Positions 1-9,825 of a DNA stretch of 64,000 nt are shown in pieces; positions within the stretch are counted from its first letter, which is position 1; each line of letters begins with the position of its first letter. The notes beneath the pieces were generated by a model, which searched no databases, was not told the DNA's origin, and saw only the letters and a program-made list of their open reading frames with translations. The stretch comes from an uncultured bacterium. Its GTDB lineage: Bacteria > Bacteroidota > Ignavibacteria > UBA10030 > BY39. Where the stretch lies: assembly GCA_937967455.1 (NCBI GenBank), contig CALCJK010000013.1, positions 6,302 through 70,301 of the forward strand, written 5' to 3'. Made by a program: the position numbers and the translations under genes.

Positions 1-763
1 CCATCCTTGAAAGTTTTAGAAAAGGTAACTGATTTTTTGTATAACCAAGAGATTCAAGAAGGTATTCATAAAACAATTGTTCCCAGTGTTTTATATTAGT
101 GAAATCTTTCTGATCGAATTCGACTTCAAAGTTTGGAAGATCTTCTATATTAATTTCGTATGAAACCCCTTCATATTTAATTATAGGTTCCTTAAGTTTT
201 TCAAAGCGAATTAATTCTTTTAGTCTTTCGTCCATTCTGCGAACCTTGTATTCAAGGCGTTCGACTGAAAGTTTAATTAACCAGTCTTTTAAAAAATTAT
301 CTGAAATATTTTTGTTTTTATCACGACATTTTAATTGTGTAAATTCCTGAATCGGTTCTTTGTAAATTTCCTCATAAATATTTTCAATTATTGATTCATT
401 GATGTATGGTTGTAGAATTAATGTTGGAATAATCCTGTTTGATTTTGTTGTTGTTTTGTATTGAACTTTATCTGGTGTTGAAGAATAAACGATGTGTAAT
501 ATCACTCTATTATATTTTGAATCTCTGTCGTGTTGATGGGTTTTCCAATCTGTGGTATTCATATGAATTTCGATATCACCAACATAGAGTTTATCGCCAA
601 TGTAAATTTTTGCGTTTAGAAAATCTGGACCACCATCAGGATTGCTTTTCCCTGTATAGACAACTTTTACTATTTTCCCGTCGGAAGTTAAAAGTGGTGT
701 GTTAATAAAATTTTGATTTTTCCAGATCCTCCTGAGAATTTTTTCAGAAATTTTTATCTTCAT
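1..763 (-). CDS. DUF2851 family protein (3' end runs off the window start)
   Basis: Not in the ORF track. Manual translation from ATG at 763, preceded by RBS AAGGAGG, gives MKIKISEKILRRIWKNQ...NPDGGPDFLNAKI...GDIEIH...DWKTHQHDRDSKYNRVILHIV, the typical DUF2851 N-terminal pattern. Confidence 0.85.
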   Translation of the reverse strand, partial: MKIKISEKILRRIWKNQNFINTPLLTSDGKIVKVVYTGKSNPDGGPDFLNAKIYIGDKLYVGDIEIHMNTTDWKTHQHDRDSKYNRVILHIVYSSTPDKVQYKTTTKSNRIIPTLILQPYINESIIENIYEEIYKEPIQEFTQLKCRDKNKNISDNFLKDWLIKLSVERLEYKVRRMDERLKELIRFEKLKEPIIKYEGVSYEINIEDLPNFEVEFDQKDFTNIKHWEQLFYEYLLESLGYTKNQLPFLKLSRM

Positions 764-799
764 TATATCGCCTCCTTAGTTTAAAGATAAAAAATTCAG

Positions 800-1621
800 T
801 TACTTGTAATATTTGTTTCTATAAGAATTAATTTCAGTTGAGTATTTCTCTGCCGATTTTCTAATATTTTCTTGAAAGTTTTTTGTTTCTGCTGGAAAAA
901 TTATTGAGCGACCAACATTAATTATTGCATTATATCCATCTGTTGAGCAACCGTATTTAATCGTTTTCTCCAGGTCACCTTTTTGAACGCCAATACCTGG
1001 AATAAGAAATGGCATCTCAGGTAGGAGTGTTCTTAATTTTTTTAATTCCCCTATATGAGTTGCTCCTGCAACCAATCCAATATTGTTTTTAGTGTTCCAT
1101 TTTTTTGCTTTTAATGCTACATGCTCAAAGAGTGGTTTTCCAGAAAAACTTAAGTGCTGAAAATCTTCTGAACCGGGATTTGAGGTAATGCATAGTATAA
1201 ATATACCTTTTTCTGAATAATTGATAAATGGTTCTATAGCATCAAAACCCATATATGGATTTACTGTTGCTGCATCGAAATTAAAATGTTTAAATAAAGT
1301 ATCGGCTTGTTTTTGAGCTGTATTGCCGATGTCGCCACGCTTGCCGTCGGCAATTTTGATAACTTCCTCAGGTATCAATTCCAGAGTTTTTTCTAATGCT
1401 TGCATCCCATCGTTACCTGTTTCTTCATAGAACGCCAGGTTTAATTTGTAAGCACAAACTAAATCTTTAGTAGCTTGGATAATTAAGCTATTAAATTCTA
1501 ACTGTGGATTTTTTGATTTTTTTAAGAATTCTGGAATTCTATTTACATCAGAATCGAGTCCAATGCACAGTAGCGAGTTTTTTTCCTGCTGTGTTTTTAA
1601 AATTTTTTGATTAAAATTCAT
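800..1621 (-). CDS. pyrF: Orotidine-5'-phosphate decarboxylase
   Basis: Motifs LCIGLD, AYKLNLAFYE, DGKRGDIGNT, TVNPYMG and LIPGIG. Start moved to MNFNQK (1621) to avoid overlapping the upstream gene. Confidence 0.95.
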   Translation of the reverse strand: MNFNQKILKTQQEKNSLLCIGLDSDVNRIPEFLKKSKNPQLEFNSLIIQATKDLVCAYKLNLAFYEETGNDGMQALEKTLELIPEEVIKIADGKRGDIGNTAQKQADTLFKHFNFDAATVNPYMGFDAIEPFINYSEKGIFILCITSNPGSEDFQHLSFSGKPLFEHVALKAKKWNTKNNIGLVAGATHIGELKKLRTLLPEMPFLIPGIGVQKGDLEKTIKYGCSTDGYNAIINVGRSIIFPAETKNFQENIRKSAEKYSTEINSYRNKYYK

Positions 1622-1623
1622 AT

Positions 1624-3669
1624 TTATTTTTGCCACTGTTTTAGCCAGTCCAGCATTGTTTGATACCATAATTCAATATTTTGTGGCTTCATTATCCAAT
1701 GTCCTTCATCAGGAAACCAGAGGAATTTTGATGGAATGCCTCTGCGTTGAAGTGCTGTAAATAGTTCCATACCTTGTTGAATTGGGACACGGAAATCCAG
1801 CTCTCCATGTGTTATTAAAGTTGGAGTTTTAAAATTTTTAGCAAGGTAATTTGGTGACCATTTTAAATATAATTCAGGATTTTCCCATGGAGTGCCACCC
1901 ATTTCCCATTCTGGGAACCAGAGCTCTTCTGTTGTTCCATACATTGCTTCTAAATTATAAACACCAGCATGAGTTATTAAAGCAGCAAAACGATCGGTGT
2001 TTCCCAAAATCCAGTTAACCATATAGCCACCGAAACTCCCACCATATGCATATAATCGGTTGGGATCGATATAGCCAGTTGAAATCATATAATCTACTGC
2101 TTTCATCAAACTGATGTAACAATTTCCACCCCAATCTTTGCTGATAGCTTCAACAAATTTTTGTCCGTAACCAGGGCTACCTTCTGGATTTGTAAACATG
2201 ACAACATAACCGGCTCCAGGAAATACTTGCCAATCGGCTCTAAAAGCATTTCCAAACATTTGTTGAGGGCCGCCATGAATGATTAGCAATAATGGATATT
2301 TTTTTGATGGATTGAAATCCGGTGGTTTAACGATCCATCCATGCACTTTACCATCTGCACCATCAAACCAAACTTCTTCTCCTTTAGCTAATTTTACTTC
2401 GTTAAAAAAGTTTTTATTAATGTTTGTAACCTGTTTTAATTCTAGTTTCTTCAAATCGAAAGTAAAAATTTCATTTGGCTTGGATATTTCTCTGCGAGTA
2501 AAAGTGAGAAAATTTCCATTTTTGGATATACGCAGATTTTCATGCCAGAAGGGTCCGCCAAGAACCGTCTGGATCGTGCGGTCTAAGGTAATAGAGTAAA
2601 TAGATATATTGCCTTTTACTTCGGCGGAGAAATAAATTTTCTTTGAGTCATTACTCCAGACGAGGTCGTCAACCCAATTATCAAAATTGCTTTCGTCAGT
2701 TAAAATTTTTGTTTCGCCAGTAATTTTATTATATAAAAGTATGCGCCAGAGATCAGATTCATATCCGTAAGTTTTCTGCGAGCGATATGCAATGTATTTC
2801 CCATCTGGAGAATAACGAGGTGAAACATCAGCTCCCTGACTAATACTGATTTTTCGTGGTTCACCACCAGTTACTGGTATTACATAAATATCGTTATTTG
2901 TACTTTCTGCCAACTTTTTATCCATATTAGTACTAAAAGCAATCTCTTTCCCATCTGGTGAAATTTGTAAATCTTCATTTCCGTTTAACGCAATTGGAGG
3001 TATAGTGAATTTGCCATTCGTCAATTGTTTTATATTTTTCCCGTCGATATCTGTTTGAAAGATGTGGTTTCTTGTTTCATTAATCCACACATTCCAGTGT
3101 CTATATAGCAGTTCATCAATTATTCTGGCTTGTATTTTACTTTCTGATTTTTCTCTGTTTTTTGTTTCATTACAGATTTTATCTTTTGACCAATCTCCAG
3201 TATAACATTCTGGGAAAATGTTTGAAAGGAAAAATAGAGATTTTCCATCTGGAGCCCAGATGTGATTTGAAGTTCCTGAAGGCATTGATGTAATTTTTTT
3301 TGCTTCACCACCCTGCACATTTATCAAATAAATTTGTGGTGAGCCATCTCGAGTTGATTGGAATGCTATATACTTTCCATCTGGTGACCATCTTGGCCTT
3401 TCATCAGCTTTTGGACTATTTGTAAGCTGGAATAATTCACCACTCAATGTTGATACAAGCCATATGTCACTATTGCTGCTATTTTTTTCTTTGTTTATTG
3501 TTGTAGCGGTAAAAGCAATCCATTTGCCATCCGGTGAGATTTGTGGATCTGAAACTCGTGTAAACTTAAAAATGTCATCAATTTCAAATAATCTTTTTTC
3601 TTGTGCAAAAACATTTGCGAAGATCAGTAATAAAAATAGAGTTATTTTAATTTGTGTTTTATATTTCAT
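1624..3669 (-). CDS. Secreted S9 family peptidase (DPP5/acylaminoacyl-peptidase-like), beta-propeller plus alpha/beta hydrolase
   Basis: Signal peptide, repeated WSPDG (PD40) motifs, HGGP, nucleophile GGSFGG, ELDFRVP and DEGH. Confidence 0.92.
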   Translation of the reverse strand: MKYKTQIKITLFLLLIFANVFAQEKRLFEIDDIFKFTRVSDPQISPDGKWIAFTATTINKEKNSSNSDIWLVSTLSGELFQLTNSPKADERPRWSPDGKYIAFQSTRDGSPQIYLINVQGGEAKKITSMPSGTSNHIWAPDGKSLFFLSNIFPECYTGDWSKDKICNETKNREKSESKIQARIIDELLYRHWNVWINETRNHIFQTDIDGKNIKQLTNGKFTIPPIALNGNEDLQISPDGKEIAFSTNMDKKLAESTNNDIYVIPVTGGEPRKISISQGADVSPRYSPDGKYIAYRSQKTYGYESDLWRILLYNKITGETKILTDESNFDNWVDDLVWSNDSKKIYFSAEVKGNISIYSITLDRTIQTVLGGPFWHENLRISKNGNFLTFTRREISKPNEIFTFDLKKLELKQVTNINKNFFNEVKLAKGEEVWFDGADGKVHGWIVKPPDFNPSKKYPLLLIIHGGPQQMFGNAFRADWQVFPGAGYVVMFTNPEGSPGYGQKFVEAISKDWGGNCYISLMKAVDYMISTGYIDPNRLYAYGGSFGGYMVNWILGNTDRFAALITHAGVYNLEAMYGTTEELWFPEWEMGGTPWENPELYLKWSPNYLAKNFKTPTLITHGELDFRVPIQQGMELFTALQRRGIPSKFLWFPDEGHWIMKPQNIELWYQTMLDWLKQWQK

Positions 3670-3688
3670 TTCAAAACTCCTGAGTTAT

Positions 3689-5740
3689 TTACTTTTTCAA
3701 ATATTTGTTGAGCCATTCGAAAACAGTTTTATGCCAGAGTTCACTATTAAGCGGTTTAAGTACTCCATGACCTTCATCAGGAAAATAAAGAAATCTTGAT
3801 TCTATGCCCATTCTTTGAAGGGTTGTAAAGAGTTGCATGCCTTCTGTAACAGGGACTCTATAATCAAGTTCATTATGAATAATCAACATTGGAGTTTTGT
3901 ATTTGAGAAGATTCAAAGCATATTTATGAGGAGAGAATTTATCATAAGCTTGTGGATTATCCCAAGGTGTACCGCTGTGTTCCCATTCATCGAACCAAAC
4001 TTCGTCAGTTGTGCCGTACATTGAATAAAAGTTCCAGATACTAGCATGAGTTATTATTGTTTTAAATTTATTTGTATGGGTTGCAAACCAGTTCATCATA
4101 TATCCACCATATGAAGCACCAGCAGCAGCCATTTTAGTTGGATCTACAAAATTTAGCTTTTCAACATATTCAATACCTTTTATTAAATCTTCATAAACTT
4201 TTCCACCCCAATCGCCTGTTATCTCGTTTACAAATTTTTGTCCAAAACCTGTAGAGCCACGAGGGTTTGGAGCAAATATAACATAATTTTGAGCAGCCCA
4301 TAGTTGTGGATTCCATCTATAATGCCAGCCATTTTCCCAAGCACCCTGTGGTCCACCATGTACGAGAAAAACTAAAGGATACTTTTTGTTAGGATCAAAA
4401 AATGGTGGTTTTATTAACCATGCCTGTATTGGAGTTCCATCTGCACCAGTGTATGTTATACTTTCAGCAGAAGAAAATGTAATGTTCGAAAATAAACTAT
4501 CGTTAAATGATGTAAGTTTTAATAAATTTTTTCCATCTATAGTTGATGAAAAGATTTCAATTGGCTTTTCAAGAGTTTGTCTGGTAAAGAATAGAAATTT
4601 TCCATCTGGAGAAATATGAATATCTGCATTTACTCCACCATTAACTATTTTGTTGATCTTATTTGTTTTTATGTCGATAGAATAAATTTGTTGGTTAGCG
4701 TTTTCTTCAGCGGGGAAAAATATTTTGCTGTCATCAGGTGACCACTGAAATGCTAAAACCCAGGAATCAAAACTTTCCGATAAGTTTTTGTGTGTACTGG
4801 TAGCTCTATCGTAAAGCATTAAATCCCATTTGTCGGCTTCAAATCCAGGTACTTTTTGAGCTCTATAAGCAATATATTTTCCATTTTTTGAGTAGCGTGG
4901 ATATCCATCGGCAGCTGGGTTTGTGGTTATTTGTTTTCGTGTTCTACCATCGATGCTAACAGTGAATATATCATGATTTGTGTTCCATGCTTCATTTTCA
5001 GCTGGTGCTGCTGTGTAAGCAATCTCTTTTCCGTCAGGTGAGAAGCAAAATTCATCACCTGCAGAAAATGTGGAAGATGTAGGTACAGCATCTCTATCAC
5101 CTGGTGTTAAGTTTTTTATTTCTTTGTTTTCAAGTGTAATCAGAAAAATATGTTGGCGTTTGTCTTCAACCCAGGTGTTCCAGTGCCTGTAAAGTAATTT
5201 TGTTATTATACGAGCTTTAGTTTTACTTTTTTCTTCGTCTTTATTTTTGTTTAATTCGTTGGCCTCAATGAAAGGTTTATCTGAAAATTCTGGATAGACA
5301 GATGACACAAAAGCAATCATTTTGCCATCGGGAGACCAAACTGGCTGTGAAGCACCTGTGTAAATATCTGTAAGTTGTTTTGCTTCACCAACAAATGGAT
5401 TAATCAACCATATTTGTGGAATTCCTGAGCGTGTTGACACGAAAGCAAGCGTTTTTCCATCTGGCGACCAGCGAGGATTATTATCATTTGCTGGACTTGT
5501 TGTTATGCGGCGTGCTTCACCACCACTTGAAGAAATTAGAAAAATATCACTGTTCATTTTGTTTTCATTTTTTATAACTTCGGTAACTACAAATGCAATC
5601 CATTTTCCATCCGGTGATAATTGTGGATCTGAAACTCTTTTAATACGAAACATATCCTCAATTTCCATCGCTCTTTTTTCCTGTGAAGTAGCGATTGATG
5701 AAACCAAAATAATTATCAGTAAAAACTTTAAATATTTCAT
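3689..5740 (-). CDS. Secreted S9 family peptidase, tandem paralog of 1624..3669
   Basis: Signal peptide, WSPDG repeats, HGGPQG, NPRGSTGFG, GASYGG, ELDYRVP and DEGH. Confidence 0.92.
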   Translation of the reverse strand: MKYLKFLLIIILVSSIATSQEKRAMEIEDMFRIKRVSDPQLSPDGKWIAFVVTEVIKNENKMNSDIFLISSSGGEARRITTSPANDNNPRWSPDGKTLAFVSTRSGIPQIWLINPFVGEAKQLTDIYTGASQPVWSPDGKMIAFVSSVYPEFSDKPFIEANELNKNKDEEKSKTKARIITKLLYRHWNTWVEDKRQHIFLITLENKEIKNLTPGDRDAVPTSSTFSAGDEFCFSPDGKEIAYTAAPAENEAWNTNHDIFTVSIDGRTRKQITTNPAADGYPRYSKNGKYIAYRAQKVPGFEADKWDLMLYDRATSTHKNLSESFDSWVLAFQWSPDDSKIFFPAEENANQQIYSIDIKTNKINKIVNGGVNADIHISPDGKFLFFTRQTLEKPIEIFSSTIDGKNLLKLTSFNDSLFSNITFSSAESITYTGADGTPIQAWLIKPPFFDPNKKYPLVFLVHGGPQGAWENGWHYRWNPQLWAAQNYVIFAPNPRGSTGFGQKFVNEITGDWGGKVYEDLIKGIEYVEKLNFVDPTKMAAAGASYGGYMMNWFATHTNKFKTIITHASIWNFYSMYGTTDEVWFDEWEHSGTPWDNPQAYDKFSPHKYALNLLKYKTPMLIIHNELDYRVPVTEGMQLFTTLQRMGIESRFLYFPDEGHGVLKPLNSELWHKTVFEWLNKYLKK

Positions 5741-5769
5741 TTTTTCCTCTTTTTAAATTTTAAATATCG

Positions 5770-6303
5770 CTAAAAATTTTTCCACATCATTGATTCAACA
5801 GGTTTGATTGTTTTTCTGTTGTATTTAGCTGATTTCTTTTTATTATAGGGCACTTCAATGTCGCCACTAATTTCAAAGTAAATAAGCTGACCTATCGGCA
5901 TGCCTGGATAAATAATCACTGGTTGTCTTACAGAAATTTCAAGCGTCCAGGTATTACAGAATCCGACATCTCCCTTTCCTGCAGTTGCATGGATGTCGAT
6001 ACCAAGTCTTCCAATACTCGATTTACCTTCTAAGAATGGAACAAAATTATGTGTTTCAGTATACTCTTTTGTAACACCCAGATAAAGCCTCGCTGGTAGT
6101 AGCAACATTCCACTTCTTGGAATTTTTAAGTATTGAACTTTATTATGTTTTTTTGAATCAAGAATATCATCAATATAAATTGCCATCCAATCTCCGAGAT
6201 GAACATCATAGCTATTTGAACCTAAATATTTACGGTTAAAAGGCTTAATTACAATATTACCTTTTTTGATTTCACTTAAAATTTTTTTATCGGATAGTAT
6301 CAT
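5770..6303 (-). CDS. dcd: dCTP deaminase
   Basis: MILSD, NSYDVHLG, EGKSSIGRLG, GDVGF..TWTLE and PGMPIGQL motifs. Confidence 0.93.
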   Translation of the reverse strand: MILSDKKILSEIKKGNIVIKPFNRKYLGSNSYDVHLGDWMAIYIDDILDSKKHNKVQYLKIPRSGMLLLPARLYLGVTKEYTETHNFVPFLEGKSSIGRLGIDIHATAGKGDVGFCNTWTLEISVRQPVIIYPGMPIGQLIYFEISGDIEVPYNKKKSAKYNRKTIKPVESMMWKNF

Positions 6304-6313
6304 AAATAAAATT

Positions 6314-7234
6314 TTAATCTATAAAAGTTAACCAGCTATATGGATCTTCGCCATTGCGTACGATATTGTAAAATTTTTCCTGTACCAACCTTGTAATTTT
6401 TCCTGGTTTTCCATTATCTATTTTTTGGTGATTAATATAGCATACAGGTGTAATTTCTGCCGCTGTGCCAGTCATAAATACCTCATTTGCAATCATTAAA
6501 ATTTCTCGTGGAATTGTTGTTTCAATAACCTCAATACCTTCATCTTTTAAAATCCTGATTACAGCAGCTCTAGTTATTCCTGGAAGTATTGCATCTGCAA
6601 TAGATGGCGTGTAAACTTTTCCATTTTTCACTATAAAAATATTTTCACCGCTACCTTCACTCACATTTCCATAAGCATCTAACGCAATCCCTTCGGCAAA
6701 TCCGTTTTCAAGTGCTTCAATTTTGATCAACTGAGAACTTAAATAATTCCCACCAGCTTTTGACATTGTTGGTATTGTGTTTGGAGCTAACCTTTGCCAG
6801 GAAGAAATACAGGCTGATATGCCATTTTTTATAGACTCTTCGCCTAAATATGCTGCCCATTCCCAAACCGCTATTGCGACTTCAACTGGATTTTTTAAGG
6901 GATTTAGCCCCATTTCTCCATAACCACGATAAACTACAGGTCGAATATAACAGCTCTTCAGTTTGTTACTTTTAATGAGTTTAAAAATTACTTTTTCGAG
7001 ATGATCAATTTTAAAGGGAATTTCTGTGTGATAGATTTTTGTAGAATCATAAAGGCGTTGAAGATGTGGTCTCAATTGAAAAATTGCAGATCCTTTTTTT
7101 GTGTCATAACACCTTATTCCCTCAAACCAGCTTGAACCATAATGAATAACATGTGATAATACGTGAATTTTTGCTTCATCCCATTTTACATATTTTCCAT
7201 TCATCCAGATTGTTTTAGATTTTTTAACTGACAT
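6314..7234 (-). CDS. ilvE: Branched-chain amino acid aminotransferase
   Basis: HYGSSWFEGIR, YIRP, KAGGNY, EGSGENIF, LPGITR and GTAAEITP motifs. Confidence 0.95.
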   Translation of the reverse strand: MSVKKSKTIWMNGKYVKWDEAKIHVLSHVIHYGSSWFEGIRCYDTKKGSAIFQLRPHLQRLYDSTKIYHTEIPFKIDHLEKVIFKLIKSNKLKSCYIRPVVYRGYGEMGLNPLKNPVEVAIAVWEWAAYLGEESIKNGISACISSWQRLAPNTIPTMSKAGGNYLSSQLIKIEALENGFAEGIALDAYGNVSEGSGENIFIVKNGKVYTPSIADAILPGITRAAVIRILKDEGIEVIETTIPREILMIANEVFMTGTAAEITPVCYINHQKIDNGKPGKITRLVQEKFYNIVRNGEDPYSWLTFID

Positions 7235-7242
7235 ATTTTCCT

Positions 7243-8370
7243 CTAAAAGTTTTGTTGATAGATTCTATATTTTTTGTAAAGAATAGCATTCATCATCTCT
7301 GCACTGCGGTTCATCATAATATTGTCTTCGAGTACCCAACTTGCCTCACCCCAGTCGTATCCTTGTTTTAATGCTCTTACCGCAGTTTCATAAAAAAGGA
7401 ACCCAGCAGCTCCAGTTCTTTGATATTCTTTTAAAACACCGAGAGCAATAATTCTAATACCATTTATCTGTTTTTTATTTTTAATTAATCTAAACATTGC
7501 AGGTATTAACCATCCGCTTCTGTTGTATTTTAGAATTTGGTTGATATCAGGTAATGATAGTGCAAATCCGACTGGTTTTTTGTCAACTTCAGCAATTAAG
7601 ACCAGTTCCGGATCAACTATTGATTTTAAAGATTTTGCTAAGGTATCGAATTCTTCTTGGGTCATTTTCACCGCACCCCAGTTATATTGCCAAGCTTCGT
7701 TGTAAATTTTTTCGATAATTTTTACCTCATTATCAAATTCTTTCATATTAATTGTTCTGACAGATATATGATATCTATCTTGAACAAGATTAATTACTCT
7801 TTCAATTTTTTCTTTATCGAAAATATTATGGCTCAAATAATAAGCATATAGGTCTTTTATTTTTTGAAGACCAGCACCTTCAATTAATAATGGATAATAT
7901 GGCGGATTATATGGCATCATTACAACAGGCGATTTATCAAAGCCTTCGATGAGTAATCCATATTCATCGTTTACTGAAGGGTTAGCTGGACCTCTAATTA
8001 TTGAGATTTTTCTTTCTTTTAACCATTTCTTAGCAGTGTCAAATAAACTATTGGCAACATTCTGATCGTTAATGCATTCAAAGAACCCAAAAAAGCCAAT
8101 GTTTTCGTTGTGTTCTCTATTATGATTATGGTTAATGATTGCTGAAATTCTGCCGACAATTTCATTATTTTTGTATGCAAGGAAATACTCTGCTTCTGCA
8201 TGCTTGAAAAATGGGTTTTTGTTTTTGTCGAGTAAAAATTTTCTTTCGAAAATTAAAGGTGGAACCCAATAAAAGTTTTCTTTATATATCTTCCAGGGCA
8301 GTTTTATGAATTTTTTTAAATCGGTTTTTGTTCGAACCGTCTCGATATAGAGTTCTTTAGAATATGACAT
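7243..8370 (-). CDS. GNAT-fold acyltransferase, YghO/bacterial ceramide synthase (bCerS)-like
   Basis: FIKLPWKIY..WVPPL, GRISAI, GFFGFFECIND, YNPPYY, PDINQ and EASWVLEDN match this double-GNAT family as I know it. It lies directly downstream of the SPT-like gene. Confidence 0.75.
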   Translation of the reverse strand: MSYSKELYIETVRTKTDLKKFIKLPWKIYKENFYWVPPLIFERKFLLDKNKNPFFKHAEAEYFLAYKNNEIVGRISAIINHNHNREHNENIGFFGFFECINDQNVANSLFDTAKKWLKERKISIIRGPANPSVNDEYGLLIEGFDKSPVVMMPYNPPYYPLLIEGAGLQKIKDLYAYYLSHNIFDKEKIERVINLVQDRYHISVRTINMKEFDNEVKIIEKIYNEAWQYNWGAVKMTQEEFDTLAKSLKSIVDPELVLIAEVDKKPVGFALSLPDINQILKYNRSGWLIPAMFRLIKNKKQINGIRIIALGVLKEYQRTGAAGFLFYETAVRALKQGYDWGEASWVLEDNIMMNRSAEMMNAILYKKYRIYQQNF

Positions 8371-8383
8371 TAAGAATGACGTA

Positions 8384-9739
8384 TTAGTTTATTAGACCTA
8401 ATTTTTTCCCTACTTTTATGAAGGCATCCAGAATTTGATCTAAATGTTCATCTTCGTGGGTTGCCATATAACTTGTACGCATCATCTGCATGCCTGGTGG
8501 TACACCTGGACTAATAAATGTATTTACGAACACTCCATTGTCAAATAACTCTTTCCAGAATTTAAATGCTAGTAAATCATCGCCGATGATTACGGGTATT
8601 ATTGCTGTTTGCCCATCTATTATTTTAAATCCAGCTTCCTTAAAGCCTTTGCGCATTTTATTAGAATTTTTAATTAATTTATCTATTCTTTCAGGTTCTC
8701 TTTCTAAAATTTCTAATGCTTTTAAAGCTGCAGCTACGGATGCTGGAGTTGGGCTAGCGCTGAAAATTAATGCTGAAGAATGATGTTTGAGATAATTGAT
8801 AACTCTTTCGGAACCTACAACAAAACCACCAAGCGAGGCAAATGTTTTGCTGAAAGTTCCAAAAGTTAAATCCACTTCATCTACAAGATTAAAATGGCTG
8901 GCTGTGCCACGCCCCCCTTTGCCAATTACTCCAACAGCGTGTGCATCATCAACTAAAATTCGAGCGTTATGCTTTTTAGCTATTGAAACAAGTCGTGGTA
9001 AATCTACAATATCGCCGGTTGTACTGAAAACTCCATCAGTTACAATTAATTTTCCGGCTTCGTATGGTATGCGTTTAATAACTCTTTCAAGATCGTCCAT
9101 GTCGTTGTGTTTATATCTCACAAACTCTGCTGACATACCTCTTGCCATAATAACTCCGGCAACAATGCTTGCATGATTATCTTTGTCTGTAATTATATAT
9201 TCACCTCTCTGAACCAATGTTGGGATTATACCTTGTGCAGTTTGATAACCAGTACTGAAGAGCAGACAAGCTTCCTTTCCCATAAACTTCGCGAGTTTAT
9301 ATTCAAACTCATTGTGAAGATCCAGTGTCCCTGTTAGATATCTTGAACCAGAACAACCTGTGCCATATTTTTCTATTGCTTTTATCGCTGCTTCTTTAAC
9401 TTCGGGGTGAGCGGTTAAACCGAGATAGTTGTTTGAGCCTGCCATTATGATTTTTCGACCTTCAATTTGTACAACAGGACCTTCGTTTTCTTCAATTGGT
9501 CTGAAGTATGGATATAATCCAGCAGCTTTTACTTCATCTGCACGTGTGAAGTTGAAACATTTTTCAAACAAATCGACAGGGACTTTCTTCTCAGGTATTT
9601 TACTTTCCTTAATTTCAGTTTCTGTTGTAACTTCTGATTTATTTCTCCAATTGAATTTTCCTTTAAAAGCATTTGCCCAATCCGACATACTTTTGCGCCA
9701 ATTGAAGAAATAAGGCCTTTCTCTAAAGCGATTTGGCAT
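8384..9739 (-). CDS. spt: Serine palmitoyltransferase-like alpha-oxoamine synthase (PLP)
   Basis: [34 protein letters not shown] and GTFSK (PLP lysine), IFSAS. RBS AGGAG lies upstream of ATG 9739. The family call is firm; SPT specificity is inferred from motifs and neighbours. Confidence 0.75.
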   Translation of the reverse strand: MPNRFRERPYFFNWRKSMSDWANAFKGKFNWRNKSEVTTETEIKESKIPEKKVPVDLFEKCFNFTRADEVKAAGLYPYFRPIEENEGPVVQIEGRKIIMAGSNNYLGLTAHPEVKEAAIKAIEKYGTGCSGSRYLTGTLDLHNEFEYKLAKFMGKEACLLFSTGYQTAQGIIPTLVQRGEYIITDKDNHASIVAGVIMARGMSAEFVRYKHNDMDDLERVIKRIPYEAGKLIVTDGVFSTTGDIVDLPRLVSIAKKHNARILVDDAHAVGVIGKGGRGTASHFNLVDEVDLTFGTFSKTFASLGGFVVGSERVINYLKHHSSALIFSASPTPASVAAALKALEILEREPERIDKLIKNSNKMRKGFKEAGFKIIDGQTAIIPVIIGDDLLAFKFWKELFDNGVFVNTFISPGVPPGMQMMRTSYMATHEDEHLDQILDAFIKVGKKLGLIN

Positions 9740-9784
9740 TTATTTTTCTCCTAAAATGCTAATTTGTTTAGAACTTTTATTTTT

Positions 9785-9813
9785 AATATACTTTATATAT
9801 TTCAAAAAGTCAA
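9785..9813 (-). promoter_or_regulatory. Putative sigma70 promoter of the spt operon
   Basis: TTGACT-N17-TATATT on the minus strand, about 45 nt upstream of the spt ATG. Confidence 0.6.
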
Positions 9814-9825
9814 TCAATTACAATT

